From assembly GCA_010909165.1 (NCBI GenBank), contig MU008188.1, positions 682,001 to 746,000 on the forward strand: a stretch of 64,000 nt of DNA. Direction: 5' to 3'. This document shows, piece after piece, positions 24,185 to 37,882 of the stretch; position 1 is the first letter of the stretch; each line of letters starts with the position of its first letter. Both the position numbers and the translations under genes were made by a program. This DNA is from Anthoceros angustus (Eukaryota > Plantae > Anthocerotophyta). The notes below the pieces were generated by a model, which worked only from the letters and a program-made list of their open reading frames with translations, did not search any database and was not told the DNA's origin.

Positions 24185-27100
24185 TGAGCGGAGGAGGAGA
24201 CAGGAGCAAGCCCTCCACCCCACACAAGGCAGCCATATCCCAAATTTGGATCCAAGAAGGAGGACGACATCGATGCCGAAAGTTTTGTAAAACTTTTCAA
24301 TCCATCTCGAGGGCTAACATCGAGGATTCCTCGGCGGATCGGATTTTTCCAGATCATTAGGACCTGCAACAATGGTATGCCGTGAAGTTCTCTACCCACC
24401 CACCGTTGGCATGTTGCGAGCCGATTTCCTTATTCGTTTTCGTGGTTTGAGCCACACTACCCATGTGCTGACAAAACTTCGCACCCTGAAGCGAAAGAAG
24501 AAAGAATCCTTGCTCGATTATGTGGAACGGTTTTATAGCTTTCTGGAGAAGATACCCCCGAGAGTGGACAACACGGGAGGAGAATCACAGGCGTATTCGG
24601 AAGAACAAGCGTTGGATTGGTTCGTCTGTGGACTGCCACGAAAGATGGAGATTCACTGCCGCAGGGCAATGATACCTTGAGGAAGGCATTCGAGCAAGCA
24701 TGGGAGGCCGCCTCGGAGGAGAAGACGGAAGAAAGCGAGTGGCAAGAGGAAGAAAGGAAGAGACATCGCCTTCAAGTTCGTCAAGAATCGACGTCCAAGA
24801 CACTCACCGGAACCATCATCATCTCAAGAGAATTCAACATCCGGGATGATAGCGAATCGGAAGAAGCACATCAAGCGAGTGAAAAAGACTTGGAACATTT
24901 CAAGAAGAAGGAGAGAGACAAGAGAAACGCCACGAAGGTTTGCGGAAGGGAAAAGGCGAATGGAAGGGCGTACCAAGACACCAAATTTGGAAGATGTGAC
25001 GGCGACATCGAGATCAAATTAGTCAAGAATCGACCGACTCGATCTCCTTCCCCTACCCGGCAAGTCTTTTGAAGTCATCACCAGCCATACGCATCGCGAA
25101 TGCCGCCTCAAGACACGATGGGTCAATCGTGGAGTACTAGACCCATACTACTCGTGAGAGGAGGTGTATCGATGCGCCATGGAGCTCGACCGCCTCAATC
25201 CATGAGAGCCACCTATCAACCCATCACCCAAAGGATGAGGTATGGTCCAAGGCAAGCAATCGCGAATCAATGGAAACCGAATCCTCTCAACGACCCAGGT
25301 ATCGGCCATTGCTACAACTGGGGCGCCGATCATTATGCGAATGCATGTCCGTAACATGCAGTTGGGTACACCCTTCTCAGTCTGCGCCAGGACATATAGC
25401 GGGAGATGCAAGATGTACGGGCCCAAGACCATTCTCGCACCAGGTACGATTCGCTAACCCGGTGGTGACAGGAAATTCCACCAAACCCGAGACGCTCTGT
25501 GCCCACCCCCTCGGTGACAAGTGGAAGTAGAAGGCGAACGCGTTGGGGAGAGGAGCAAGAAGGCGAATGGTTGGAAGTGCGAAGTGGACTCGGGTATCTC
25601 CGGAGAAGACGAGTTAGTCGCACGCGCGCCACTCGGCCAAGACTAAGGAGGACGACACTCCGACGAAGGGGAATGCTCGGAAATTGGAAGTTCGGCGGAG
25701 ATGGGCGGAATCCGAGCGAAAGAAAAGAAGAATGCGGAGGAAGACATCGAGAGAGGAAAAACGGCCGACCGGGGCTGAGGGAGGCGGTCCAAAGGCTTCA
25801 ATTTGCACGACATCAGAGGTGGCGGGCATGCTCGATGCCGAATTACGGAAACTCACTCACGGGCGCACCCCGTAAACCATGGGTCCGAGGGAGTGATGAC
25901 GAAAGATGGAGTTACCAAAGAAGAAGTAAGCGTTGGAGAAGACCCTCTCATTGAGAAGGTCACCGCTTTGCAGACTCCTGGATCAAGAATTCCTTGTGAC
26001 ATTTCGACAACTCTTGTCCGACAACCCCAAGTATCGACGATGATGCGAGAAGCGATGAAAGGGACTCACGATAAAACCGCGGATATGCGAGTTGTGGAAC
26101 TCATGGATTTGGGTGCCGGTGAAATATCGGTCAAGTGAACGGATGCTTGATAAGGCGGGTACCATCGACTCCGGTTGGGTTCGATGATGGAAGAAACGCC
26201 AGCAAACTAGGATACACCAAGTTCGAAGGACACGCACCATTCCTTCGAATGGCGGATCGAGCGCGGCGACCTGGGGTACCGGTACCCACTAACATTGGAG
26301 GCATTGTTTTCCTTTGACTTATGTGGTCATGCGACCATCCGACCATCAAGTGTTGATAGGGAGGCCATGGCTATACGGCAAAGCCGCCTTGATTGGGGAA
26401 GAAGGAAATTTTAGATCGCTCAAGGGCATGCCGTTGGCTCATGCCTCGCCTGGAGCAAGGAAACCTATGAAGGGGAAACGGAATCCCTCACCGAGGAGTA
26501 TACCTCCGAGGTTGGGGAGGAGACAGAGGGAGAGGAAAGTTCTTCGATCGATGATCAAACGTATTGTCCCGCTTGTTGGGGCTTCCAAGTCGAGATAGAG
26601 GAAGAATCGAGTACAATGGAGAAGGGACAAGCATCCTTGGATAAGGAAAGCCGACAATGAAGATTTTCCGGATGAAGGAACGGCGTCACTAGGAAGTTGT
26701 CCGACGGACGGTGGATCCGAGCCTTAGAGGAAATGGAGCTGCCCACGGAAGAAGGTCATGATATGCGTGCATCCGCGAACAAGAGAAGAAACAACTCCAT
26801 CATGTTGTTAGAATACATAGATTGTTTCGCTCAAGGTAAAATGACCGGTATACCGGAGGAGTTGGGAGTGCACCGAATCGACTTGAAGGAAGGAGCGACT
26901 CGGTGAGGATCAAGCAAGACGACTCAATCCAAAGTATCTCTAGTGGTGAAGGAGCAATTGGATCAAGATCGAGGCGGAGTAATCTATCCCACTCACAAGC
27001 GAATGGGTGGCACCGATTGTGATTGTGCCTAAGAAGCAACAGGGAAAGTTCGGGTTTTCGATTTCGTGAAGTTGAATGAGGCAACTAAGAAAGACCATCA

Positions 27101-29385
27101 CCCCTTGCCGTTTATGGATAGTGTATTGGACACGGTCGCAGGCATGAGATGTACGGTTTCTTAGATGGGTAGATATCGATCACTCGAGAAAGGAAGATCA
27201 AGACAAAACAACGTTTACCACTGATTGGGGGACATTTGCATATGCCAAATTACCCTTTGGTCTTTGCAATGCCCCTGCCACCTTTCAGAGAGTAGTGAAT
27301 ACCATTTTCCGAGAGTACCTGAGGAAGTTCATGGAAGTATTTCTGGATGACTTTTGTGTGTTTGGAAAGAGAAGCTTGCACTTGAGACATCTTCGCCAGT
27401 GCTTACAGAAGTGTAGAGAAACCAATTTGAAGTTACACCCGAGCAAATGTTATTTCAGAATGACAGAAGGAATCCTGCACATCGTGTTTCAAGCGAGGTT
27501 TGAGGTGGATAGGAAAAGGTCGTAGTCATCACGTAGATGGATGCTCCCAACGGTAAGGCAAGTTCGAGCCTTCATCGGCTTGGTGGGATACTAGATTCAT
27601 CATTGATTTTGCAAAGAAGGCACCTCTCACGCAACTCAAGAAAGATGTTCCTTTGATCGGAGCCGAGCGAAGCGTTCTAAGTTTGAAAAAGAGCTTGGGG
27701 CACCGTGTTGCAACCTCCCAACCGGGAAGAACCTTTTCATGTCTTTGTGGATGTATCACTTGCCATAGGGGCCATCAACGTGATGGAAAGAAGCATGATA
27801 GGCCGATCTTCTATGCGACGCCAACTTTCGGATGCGTAACGGAACTACTCACGACCGAAAGAGAAGCTCTTGGCATCATCTATTCCCGCAAGAAATTTCG
27901 ACACTATCTCGGCTTGCAAAGTTGTGTTCCATGTGGACCATTTCGCATTGAAGTACTTGGTAAACAAACCCGATCTATCCGGACGAATCGCGCGATGGAT
28001 CGCATCGAATTGAGGTGGAAACACGGCTGGAAGCAACATGTGAACGATTTCTCGACTACGAATGAAGGGAAGTCACCATCGAACGATAAGTTCCCGGATG
28101 AGGAGTTGGTAGCCGGAAAGCATGATCGAAAGAGGCGGGGAGCACGCAGAAGGACGGATCGAGAAACGCGTGGGACTCCTGGACATCGAGCATGAGACCG
28201 GAGGGGACGCAGACCAAGGACTACGCAACCCACGTAAACCCCGCACTATAAGGGAAGCAGGGAGGGCGTCGTGTCCGACACTCGCCGGTCGAGGTATTTA
28301 GAGCATGGGGAGTTGCCGTGGGTTTATCAAAGGAAGGAGTTGTCATACATGGCGGCACCATATTGCATCGCAAAGTGTTGTACAAATTGGGAGCCGATGA
28401 GGTGATTCAAGATGTTTGAGGGGATGAGAAAGCCATGGTGATAGAAGCCACACGAGGAAGCAGGAGGACACTATTCCGCCACAATCACAACAAAGAAGAT
28501 TCTAACCATGTGGTTTTGGTGATACAATGTATCGAGATGTATGGTTATTCATCGAGTTGTGATGCTTGTCGTGACGGGAGGCCGCCACGACCCTCTAACG
28601 TACATCCTACCACCGCACCTTTGAAAATGGGGAATTGATTTTGTGGGACCTATTCGACCACCAGACCAGCGACAAACATTTTGACGATCGCACAAAGATG
28701 GTAGAGGCGGCGACAAGGAAGGATGATGCGCCACCGCCAAGTTTTTGTTTGAACGGATTATCACAAGGTATGGATGCCCACCGAACTTGTTAGCGATCGA
28801 GGGACGATTTTCAACAAAGATAATCGAGTCTGTTGCCTATTTCAACATTCGACAGAAGACTACGCCTTACAACCCGAAGCCAACGGACTCACGGAGAAGA
28901 CAAATGGGTTACTATGCAACATTTTGACAAAAGTGACGGTCTCCCATATGTACGGGATACCAAGCTACATTCGCTATGGGCTTTCGATGGAGAAGGTGAC
29001 CACAAAGACACCATACTATCGACATACGGTATGTCACCGTAATGCCGATTTGAGGTACCAACGATAGAATTATGGAAGATGAGCGAATGACGGTGGAAGA
29101 TAGTGAACAAGCGTTGGAAGAATTTGCGAGGCATGAGGAAACTAGGGAGCCTTAGAGGAGACACGAGTACAGAAAGAGGAAGGAGAGGCACGATGGGAGA
29201 CTTGGCGTGACCCTAGCGGAGACTTGGTGCTCCTTTACGATAGTAGGTATTTAGATTTTCCGGAAGCTACGCGAGATGGATGGGGCCTATGCGGGTTGTA
29301 GCACCTATGAAAATGGGTCGGCTGGTTGAAAGTTCTGGGGAACTACTACCAGAGTGAATGGGTGGAAGATCAAGAAGTACTTACA
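24185..29385 (+). pseudogene. Element 3 gag-pol, frameshifted
   Basis: gag LRADFLIRFRG..ESLLDYVERF..QALDWFV; CYNWGADHYANAC knuckle; protease region VLIGRPWLYG; RT FMEVFLDDFCVFG ~27330-27365; RNase H TEREALGIIYS; integrase FERIITRYGCP..ELVSDRG..NGLTEKTN. Confidence 0.93.
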
Positions 29386-29426
29386 CAGGATGTTTGCGGG
29401 GGCGCAAACAAATGGGGAGAGGAGCA

Positions 29427-32400
29427 TGGAACGAAGAATTTTGGTCACCCAAGACGCCGCGGAGAGGGCGTAGGATGGGTAGCGTTGTTCAGTAGGTAGT
29501 AGGTAGGTCGATAGCAGTAGGAAGATGGTAGGGACGTCCGAGGAGTTCGGACTTAATCGGGAGGTTCCGGTAGGAAGTATGGGTAGATAGAAGCATCTAT
29601 AGGCATGATAGGTTCCATAAAGTTCCTTGGACCATGGGAGTAGGAATATTCGGGATAGAAGTTCCTTGGCCTTGAATTATTTAGGTTCGCATGGCTATAT
29701 ATGCCAAATAGGGCTAGTTAAGTTGTAGAAATGGAAAGCTACAGGAGTTTTGAACCGGACACATGGCGCCATCAGGAGCAATTAAGGCATGTACCGCAAA
29801 TCGTTAGCCGTGGTTTGAACGGGCGTTTTCAGCGCTGGCGGCTGGCGGGGGTAAGTGGAGTTCGCTCAAGAAGGAAGGCGGAGCGCGCGCAAGGAGCAGG
29901 AGCGCGGCGCGAGGGGAGCGCGCAGGCGGAGCTGAGGAGCGCAGGAGGCGCCGCAAGCGGCGGCGGAGGAGTCGGAGGGATCGCGCAGTGGAGTGCTCAA
30001 GCGGAGGCTGTTGGAGGCGCCGAGGGGAAGAGCTAAGGCTACCGGGCGTAAAGCAAGGTGGAGAAGTGTGGAGGGAGATTGAAGGGGCCAAGGCCACCTC
30101 TTGGTGGTTGCGTTGAGGCCAGACGCCGAGGAGAAGCACTTCCTTGCCTGTCTCACCCAAACCACCACCTCTTTGCTCTCCACTCTCTTAGCCCGATAGA
30201 TTACTTCCAATCTCTCCAATTTTGCTATCCTTGTGTGCTCCCACCGTGCAGATGGTGAAGATAGTGAGGACGGGGCGGGATCCCACGGGAGGAAACCTCC
30301 GCCACACCGCCCACAAAGGGAAAAGGAAGAAACACCCAATTCCCCGAGTTCGAGTAGGCCGCTCCAAATTTCACCTCGAGATTTGAGGCGTTAGGCGCTA
30401 TGCGCCCGAGATGAAGATGGAATGGCTGTACTTGGTACGGTGGCACTTTGCCCCTTGGTTGAGTGTGCGTGACGAATGAGAGTGACCAAGGCGGGGCCAA
30501 TTCCGGAGGATCAAGTCATCCCGGATGTGGAAGGTACGACATTTCCAGGATACGTGTTGATAAGCCCACAAGGAGGGATCATTCGGCAGCGCTCCAAGAA
30601 TCGATCCCGAGGAGGTTATGAGTATGTTCCTACAAAGGAGGAAGTATGGTCGCAAGGCAATGGCTGGAGGATCTCTTTGTTCAAGGAAGTGGAATTTATT
30701 CGCCAAGATATGGCTGGACTAACGCGGCAAGGAAGACGCACTGGAAATTCCCATTTAATGATGATATATGAGATGTCCTGTGGAAGTTGGTGGATTGGGC
30801 CACCATTCTATGAACAAAGCGGTTGCGCAAAACCATTTGGTGATGGAGGAGCAAGAATTGTCTCTACCTTCCTCGTACACCTATATCGAGGGAGGAGGTT
30901 CTTACACGACGATGGAAGAAGCCAAGATAGAAGCTACCGGTGAGGGTGGTGGAAGGAGAGCCATCACGGCCCCTGAGGATGAAGAGCAGGCAGGCCCCGG
31001 GCAAGAGACCGCCACGCCCCAACATGAGGCCTCGTGATCGTGAACCCAACAAGAGAAAGGGAAGAGGCCATAGAAGCACCTCCTACGGTGGAAGGAGGAA
31101 AGGATACGAGACCACCTACCGGAGGGTTGAGGATTGGAAGGCCGACAACACCGGTGGTAGGGGAATGAGCCTCTACGGGGACCTGTGGAGGATGGAGGAC
31201 CTACGGTGGAGCTTTACCTCCACCAAGAGGTAGTAACAAGACTTGAGGCAGTGTGAGAGAAGAACGCCGAGGAGCGTGACCTACCAACAGGAGGAGCAGA
31301 GGAAGTGTTTGAGAACGGCCGGCATCCTACAAAGGGTAGTTCTTGAGGAAGTGGGCGCAGGATCTATGGACGCCCTAGTGGACCGTGTCGAGGTGGCCAA
31401 GTTCGTCGAACTTGAGACCTACGAAAGGAGCCGGAGGATGCCGAGAAGAAATTGAGAGGAGCTCAAAACCACCTCAGAAGCAACACTCCGTGCTAGATCC
31501 GCCAAAGAGCGACAGATGACCACCAAGTTGGTGAATGTGTGGAAATGATTGACCGTGTCTTAGGACAGAGGCAAAATCAGCCAAGAGGGTGAGGAGTTGG
31601 AAAGCGCCAGAAGGAGGCGAAGGAAGTTGGAAGCTACCTAGCAAGGGTAGGACACATCGCAGGAGGAGGCAAGATCTACGCAAGGCCCGGAGACCTTGAA
31701 GACGAGAAGGACCTCCTACGAAGAAGTTAGTTGCCATGGAGCAAGGAGCATTACAAGGGAAAATACGGCGCTTGGTGAAGGCGACAAGGATGGGACAATG
31801 TGACCAAGGGTCACAAAGAGGAGCTTCGTAATACGAGAGAACTTTTGGAGCAACAACGAAAGAAGGCCGACGACCTTACCCACGCCTATGAGACAGAGGC
31901 AAGGAACTGCCGGAAGGAAGTTTTGATGGCCCAACGATCTTTGGAGGGTCTTCAGGTCATTCGAGGGGAGCAGGCGAGGGCGACTGCTGCCATAGTGAAA
32001 CACATGGCAATGGAAGCCATGGAGAAAGATAAGGAGATTGGGAGATTAGCCCTGGAGTTGGAGGGAGCGATAGTGGAGAAAGAGGCCGCATTGGTAGGAG
32101 TGACAGTGAGGGTGGGACGAAAAGTGTCATCCCACTAAGGGTCCGCATCATGGACGCACAAAAGAAGGAGAGTGGTAGGGTGGCGACCTACTACAACAAC
32201 CTCCTAGAAGCGATTGAGGAACGCTACAGTGAGGAAGATGAAAACGGACCTCCTCGACACCAAGTGGAATGGCGCCACAGGTCAAACTTTGAGTTGGTAC
32301 AAGGAAAGGCGGCAGCTAGACATAGCCGAGCAGCGAGCCAAGAAGCACCCTCGGCCGATGGGACCTCCCGGGACGGTGGAGCTATCAAGCGGGGAGGAAG

Positions 32401-33659
32401 AGCCGGATGGTAGGATGGTACCTACCAAAGTTCCTACTCAGGAAGGAACTGTTGAGGAGGGGGAGGTGACCCCCGAAGCAAGGGTACCTCCGGTCGACGA
32501 AACCCAGGCTGTGAGGGAAGGAACCCCCATAGCGAGATCTGAGACCGTGGTAGGGGATGAACCGCCTACCAAGCAGACGAGGACAGTAGGGGAGGAACCT
32601 ACTGAGGACGAACCGGTAGGAGGAATGGAACCTCCTACCACCAAAGAGGGCCTACCAGCCAATGGGGCTGATGTAGGCAGTGCTACCAAGCAGAGTCATG
32701 GTGAAGACTCCCTGGAGGTGGATAAGGCTAAGCGACCCATCGGGGAAGACATTGAAGGCTGAGGCGAACAAAAAGCGTGACGTGGGATGTGGGACCTTTT
32801 CGAGGACGTTTTGTCCCAAGTGGTGCACACCTTGGGAAGTGTGAGTATTTAAGAGTGGCGGCGGTATAGGCGGATAGGATATTCGGTCAAGGTGAGTGAA
32901 AGGTGAGAGGATAAACAAGGGGGGTGACAAGAGTCCTATTGTTGGACTTGGCAAGTCGCCCTAGCATTAAACGCAGTGACTAGTCGACTCCCCACCTATA
33001 AAAGGGAGGTGGAGAATGAATAAACAGACCTTGCTTTGCCATGCATTCTTCGTCTCTCCGCATCCCTTTGTGTGTGTGCGTTGGTCGTCATGGCGGCGGC
33101 GAAGGGTGGGGTTGATCGGAGGCCCCTCGCGGTGGGTTCGCTCACGCAGCTCCTCCTCTCGTGAAAGATTGTTGTTGGATGTGCTTTGTGTTCGTTGGTT
33201 GGCCTCTGCAGGGTGGTGCGACTACGCTCGTCGGTGTTCGTGCAATCGGCCGAGAAATACCCAGTAGTCACCCAGGCGGTTGTCGCAAGGGAGGCGTGCG
33301 GCGAGCGTTACGAGAGTTAGATTTGGGGATCGAATGAAGTGAGCTTGAATGGGATTGTCCGAGTTATGTTTTGAGGAGAGTGAATTGGAGGGGTGTCGTT
33401 GTAGAGTGAATTGATCGTTGTAGTTGGCATAGGAGAGTGTTGAGAAGTAAGGAATCCGAAGGCGTGGAGGCGGCGCGTGGGCCGAGTAACCCGACGCCAC
33501 CTGTTGCCCGAGGACAAGTAGGTAGGCGGATGAGAGCGAGAGAGTGAGAGGAGCGACTCAAACAATCCGAACCAAATCTCTTGGGATCGAACCTCATTTC
33601 AACGACTGGGATAAGTGTGGCCACCGAGGCGAGCTCGTGACTGGGGCTAACCTACCACA
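29427..33659 (+). repeat. Element 3 3' LTR (contains accessory ORF copy ~30400-32762)
   Basis: PPT ggggagaggagca at 29414-29426; colinear with 19144-23331; ends cctaccaCA. Confidence 0.92.
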
Positions 33660-34330
33660 CACACGCCTGAATTGAGAGTAATTCTTCATAGGCGTTGAAG
33701 TGAGAAAGGTGCCATGCTACTGGGGAAGAGCAAGGAAGGAGCCACTGCAGGGTTCCTCTCGAGGAGGAGGAAGGGCGAAAGCGCGCACGCCCGGGGAGGC
33801 GAGATAATGCCCCAATTCACTTGTTGCTGGGCAGCTTAACCTTTGGTTGATTTTCAGCAATGGGCGAGGAGGATAACATCCAATTGGGATGGGTGTATGG
33901 CCGCCAATGGGCCACCAATTAGAGTTGATTGAGAGTGCTTCATCAATCTCCAATCGAGGCCTACATGCCGCTTAGGAAAGGAATGCTTTAACGGATCCGC
34001 CATTGGACCGTAAGGAGCATTCGGCAGTGTATGGGAGGAGGAGGAAAGCTCAGGAATTGCCTCCTCGAAAGGTCTAATGGAGGAAAGAGGGGGACCCTCT
34101 CCGAATTCCGCAAGAGCTCCTCGACACATGATGGACGGAGGAGGAAGGCCACGCCAAGAATGGCGAGAGCATCAAGGAGTCAAGTGAGGCTCTTTGCTAA
34201 GATTGTGCTGGGGTGACCAAAGGACTTATTTCAAGCACTTCTTCCTCCATTTTGTGGAAGATTTCCATGGGAGCCAAACCGATTAGAACAATTATGTATG
34301 AAGCATACATCCACCATGTGGAGAGCTCCT
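33660..34330 (+). repeat. Element 2 3' LTR, second fragment (accessory ORF portion)
   Basis: Encodes AKNG..RLFAKIVLG..GAKP.D(W>*).TIMYE, which aligns by eye with family 3 GNG..LFAKI..VDWATI. Confidence 0.65.
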
Positions 34331-37300
34331 CAAGCCGAATCAGGAACCAAGGCACTCCCGAGAGAATCTTCAAAGGGCAATCAGATGCAAAGGGTCCAAG
34401 ATTTCACCAATCCGACTCAACTTAACAGTTATAAAAGCGCCTGAATTACAAGCACAATCACCCAAAAGAAGGACCTGATGTGTCTCAGCACCGCATTGGA
34501 AGATTGTCGAAAAGAGGGCACAGCCATGACGAATCGCACAACACAAGATCAATGTCGTACAATGTAAGGGAAACACATTAAGATGTATGGTCTAACTGCA
34601 ATAATAAATATCACCGTTTATAGACCAAAGGCCCGCCACATTGTGGGGGCCCATCGGTATAGGTGACCCGTAAGTTCTTCTTGGTGATGACAAGTATATA
34701 GAGGTACCGTCACGAGTTAGTAACAACACCACCTTTGTAAAGAGGTAGCATTTATGGTCAAGAATCTTGTGTCGTCAGAGCACCAAAAGACACTGAAGTC
34801 TCCTGAGTCTGGTGTCACCCACCCTGGCAAACAAGAACAAGTTTAGCTATGGAGAACTTTCATGATTTATATCAACTCAACATTAATCTCGAGGTCTCCT
34901 CACTTACACGCAAAGTCCACGCATCAAGAGAAAGAACAATGATGCGAATTAACACTGTATCGGGCCATGCCAACTGAAAAAATGAAGACAATGATAGCCA
35001 AGAATTCACTTTATGAGAGAAGTTCATGCTCCAGGAGAAGGCCTGGAAGCATGCGTGTTGGGAAGCACCAACGCAGTCATACGATGACAACCCAACAAGA
35101 GCTAGGGCTACTTGAAGTTGTTCATGACCTATGTGGTCCCATGTCAATCGCAACCTTGGGAGGTGCACCATACATTCTTTCCTTCATTGACGAGGAGTAG
35201 GTATGTAGTAGTACCTTGTGCATAAGAGCCAAACACTTGGTCGCTTCAAGGAGGTGTGTCTTTGCCCAGAGGCAAACCGAGAGCGTACTGCCGGAGTGAC
35301 AATGGTGAGAATTTATTTCAAGCGATTGTGATTACCGCAAAGAACTTGGAATACATAGGCGCCTCACTGCATCGTACTTCTTCTCGTAACCCCGAGCGAC
35401 AACAACACTTTCACACAAGGCTATGCTTAAAGTGTCATCACACGAGGTTATTGGGGTGAGAGCTCAAGAGCGAGCATCGAAATGCCCACCAAAGCTTTTT
35501 ATCGAGCACCATTTGAGAGGGACTACCACAAGCCCAATTAATCACTCGAATCTCGCCCCAAAGATATGCTCACCTTGCAGAAACAAAGAGTGAAGTGATT
35601 ATAAAGCAAGAAAGTACGCCTTGTGTGATAATTAAGAATAAAAGGCTATAAGTCGCTAGATCCACAAACTAGAACAACTATCCATGTCAAGTGTATTTAA
35701 TGAAAAATGCTACTTACTCCTTCAAGAACCAGTTAGCAGTCCAGCTACGAACCCGAGGATACAAGTGAAGATGGAGAGTTCAACCACATCATAGTACCAC
35801 TCACAGTGTACACCTGTGTCTTATAGATTCCCATAGCATGTTGATGCAGAACCCTGCACTCCTTAAGATGAAGTCAAGAGGAGACCGAAAGTCCAAATGA
35901 AGAGACAACAGTGTATCACCTTTCGCATAAGAGGAAGACGCAAACGAATCAATGAACCAGACGAGGAAGCTCCTCACAGAGTTCCGCATCACATGATGTG
36001 CATGAATGGACCACTCTCCACTTTCATACAAAGCTTAGGTATGAAGACATAATCGACATGGTGAGCCACATCCTGCCAGAGGCAATGAACTCAGAGAAAG
36101 CTAAGTGGCAGAAATAACAATCGAACACAAGTCTATAATGGATAACAAAACATGGGTATTTGAAGACTTACCACTGAAAAGTCAAATGCAATGGGTATTC
36201 GTTGAAGAAAGCTACCGATGGATCTATAGCATACAAAGCTCCTGGTAGCTCAAGGTTACAAATGTTGAAGGACTAGACTACTCGAGATATTCTCTCCAAG
36301 AGTCGAGCTACATCCATCCGCATTTTGCTGCCCAAAGATGACATTCTTCAACATTGGACGCCAAAACCTCTTGAATGATGGAGGAAACAATATACATGCA
36401 AATCAAGGGTACGCTGACCCAAAGCATCCAAATAAGGTTTGTCGCCTTATCAAAACATTGAGGGTTAGCAATCAACCACGTGAGGGTAAAAGAATAGACT
36501 ACCTCATGAAGTGTGGCTCCAAAGTCAAATTCAAATGTCTATGTTGCATGATAAAAATGGAGAAATCTAGCATCAGAGGTCGATGACGTCGTCATCATAT
36601 CACCCAATGCGTATGAACAAAGTCAAGAACATTCTCACCTATTTATGATGATTTAGGTCAACTGACGGTTCCTAGGTTTCAAATACGCCAAAACCTCAAG
36701 GCATACAATATTTATCCATCGCATGCTTAGTTGTCCGCATTTTCACGATTCACGTGCAGTATCGCTACACCGCTGAACACCAATGGCAAAGGTGAGAAGC
36801 CTGTTATTAGAGCAATGTCCAAAGAATGAATCACATTCGATGGAAAAGACACCATATCGCCGCAGCGGGAGTACTCATCTACTTCTCCGCAATCGACACG
36901 CCCGAGCTCTCACACGCTCGTGTGTGACCTTCGCCTTTCAACTATGGACAGACCGGCAAGCGTCAGAGATGTATCATCTGGTGGTACACCAAAGATGGGG
37001 CTACCATAAGCAAAGACCGGCAACTAACTTATTGTGATGCCGATGGGCGGCTAATCCAATGCGGTCAATATCGCATATTGCCTCATGCTAGGAGAAGATG
37101 AGACACAGCAACAATAATATCATGGCATAGTAAGAGAGCAACTGTGGTGGCTCGCCTCCATCAAGAGTAGTACATATCCCACTCCAAGACAAGATATTAT
37201 CCATGGTGGAACGCTGGCCTTGAAGAGCAAGCCTAACACTCTTCCGATTATCCAGATAGCTTTGGCCTGTAACTCGCCATGCACGCAACAAAACATAGGA

Positions 37301-37882
37301 AATCAAGCACCACTTTATAAGGCAAGTGTCATGAGGGACGTAACCATGGCCTGTGTCCACCATAGCAACATTGCACTGGCCACCAAGGCACTTACCAGAA
37401 AAAACACAAAAATTTGCAGTCAGGGGCTTAATGAGACCGCCCTAGTTACTGCAACCTTCCACCTAGCTAGCATCTCGACTCTAATGGGTACTCACAAGGA
37501 TGAAACCTCTGATGGCATCTCGCAGCCACCAAGGCTCACAGAATAAAGGTATGAGGTCGAAAAGCATCCTACAAATAGGAGGAGTCACTACGCTGCGTAT
37601 GAAGAAGCGGACATAGGAGAATTTGCCGACCATCAGTGACGCTAAACAAAGATACATGAAACTGAAGATTTGTAAGGAATCGGAATGGAGCATTGGGCGC
37701 AAGCTAAGTGGGAGTATTGGTAGAATTATATATATCCAGCATTAATAAATAGTAAATCATATTTAGATGGGAACTAGATTCCTTTACGATATACAAGGGT
37801 CGGCGACCTAAACTAACGCACCACCAGCACAAATCACTATCTTTTAAGGCCACACGGCCAAAGTAAAGATCATCATTCTACA
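34330..37882 (+). mobile_element. Ty1/copia retrotransposon, 5'-truncated and degenerate
   Basis: INT-RT-RH order: LLEVVHDLCGPMSIATLGGAPYILSFIDE (~35105-35195), RSDNGE (~35292), RT remnants (NKTW, YKA.LVAQGY, VCRLIKTL, VDDVVII), RNase H remnants (CDAD, KHHFIRQ, TKAL). PPT gtgggag before 37715. No 5' LTR or gag start found. Confidence 0.9.
37715..37882 (+). repeat. Putative short copia 3' LTR
   Basis: Begins tattggtagaat after the PPT and ends attctaCA (imperfect terminal inverted repeat). AT-rich. No second copy to confirm it. Confidence 0.55.

Larger units (their letters stand above)
19144..33659 (+). mobile_element. Ty3/gypsy LTR retrotransposon, element 3, full length (~14.5 kb with ~4.2 kb LTRs)
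   Basis: 19144-23331 and 29427-33659 are colinear direct repeats; intact PBS and PPT; gag-pol between them. Confidence 0.95.

Noticed and set aside
19139-33664. Target-site duplication for element 3
   Set aside because: Flanks (gccca versus cacac) do not match convincingly at this error rate. The same applies to the family 4 copies.
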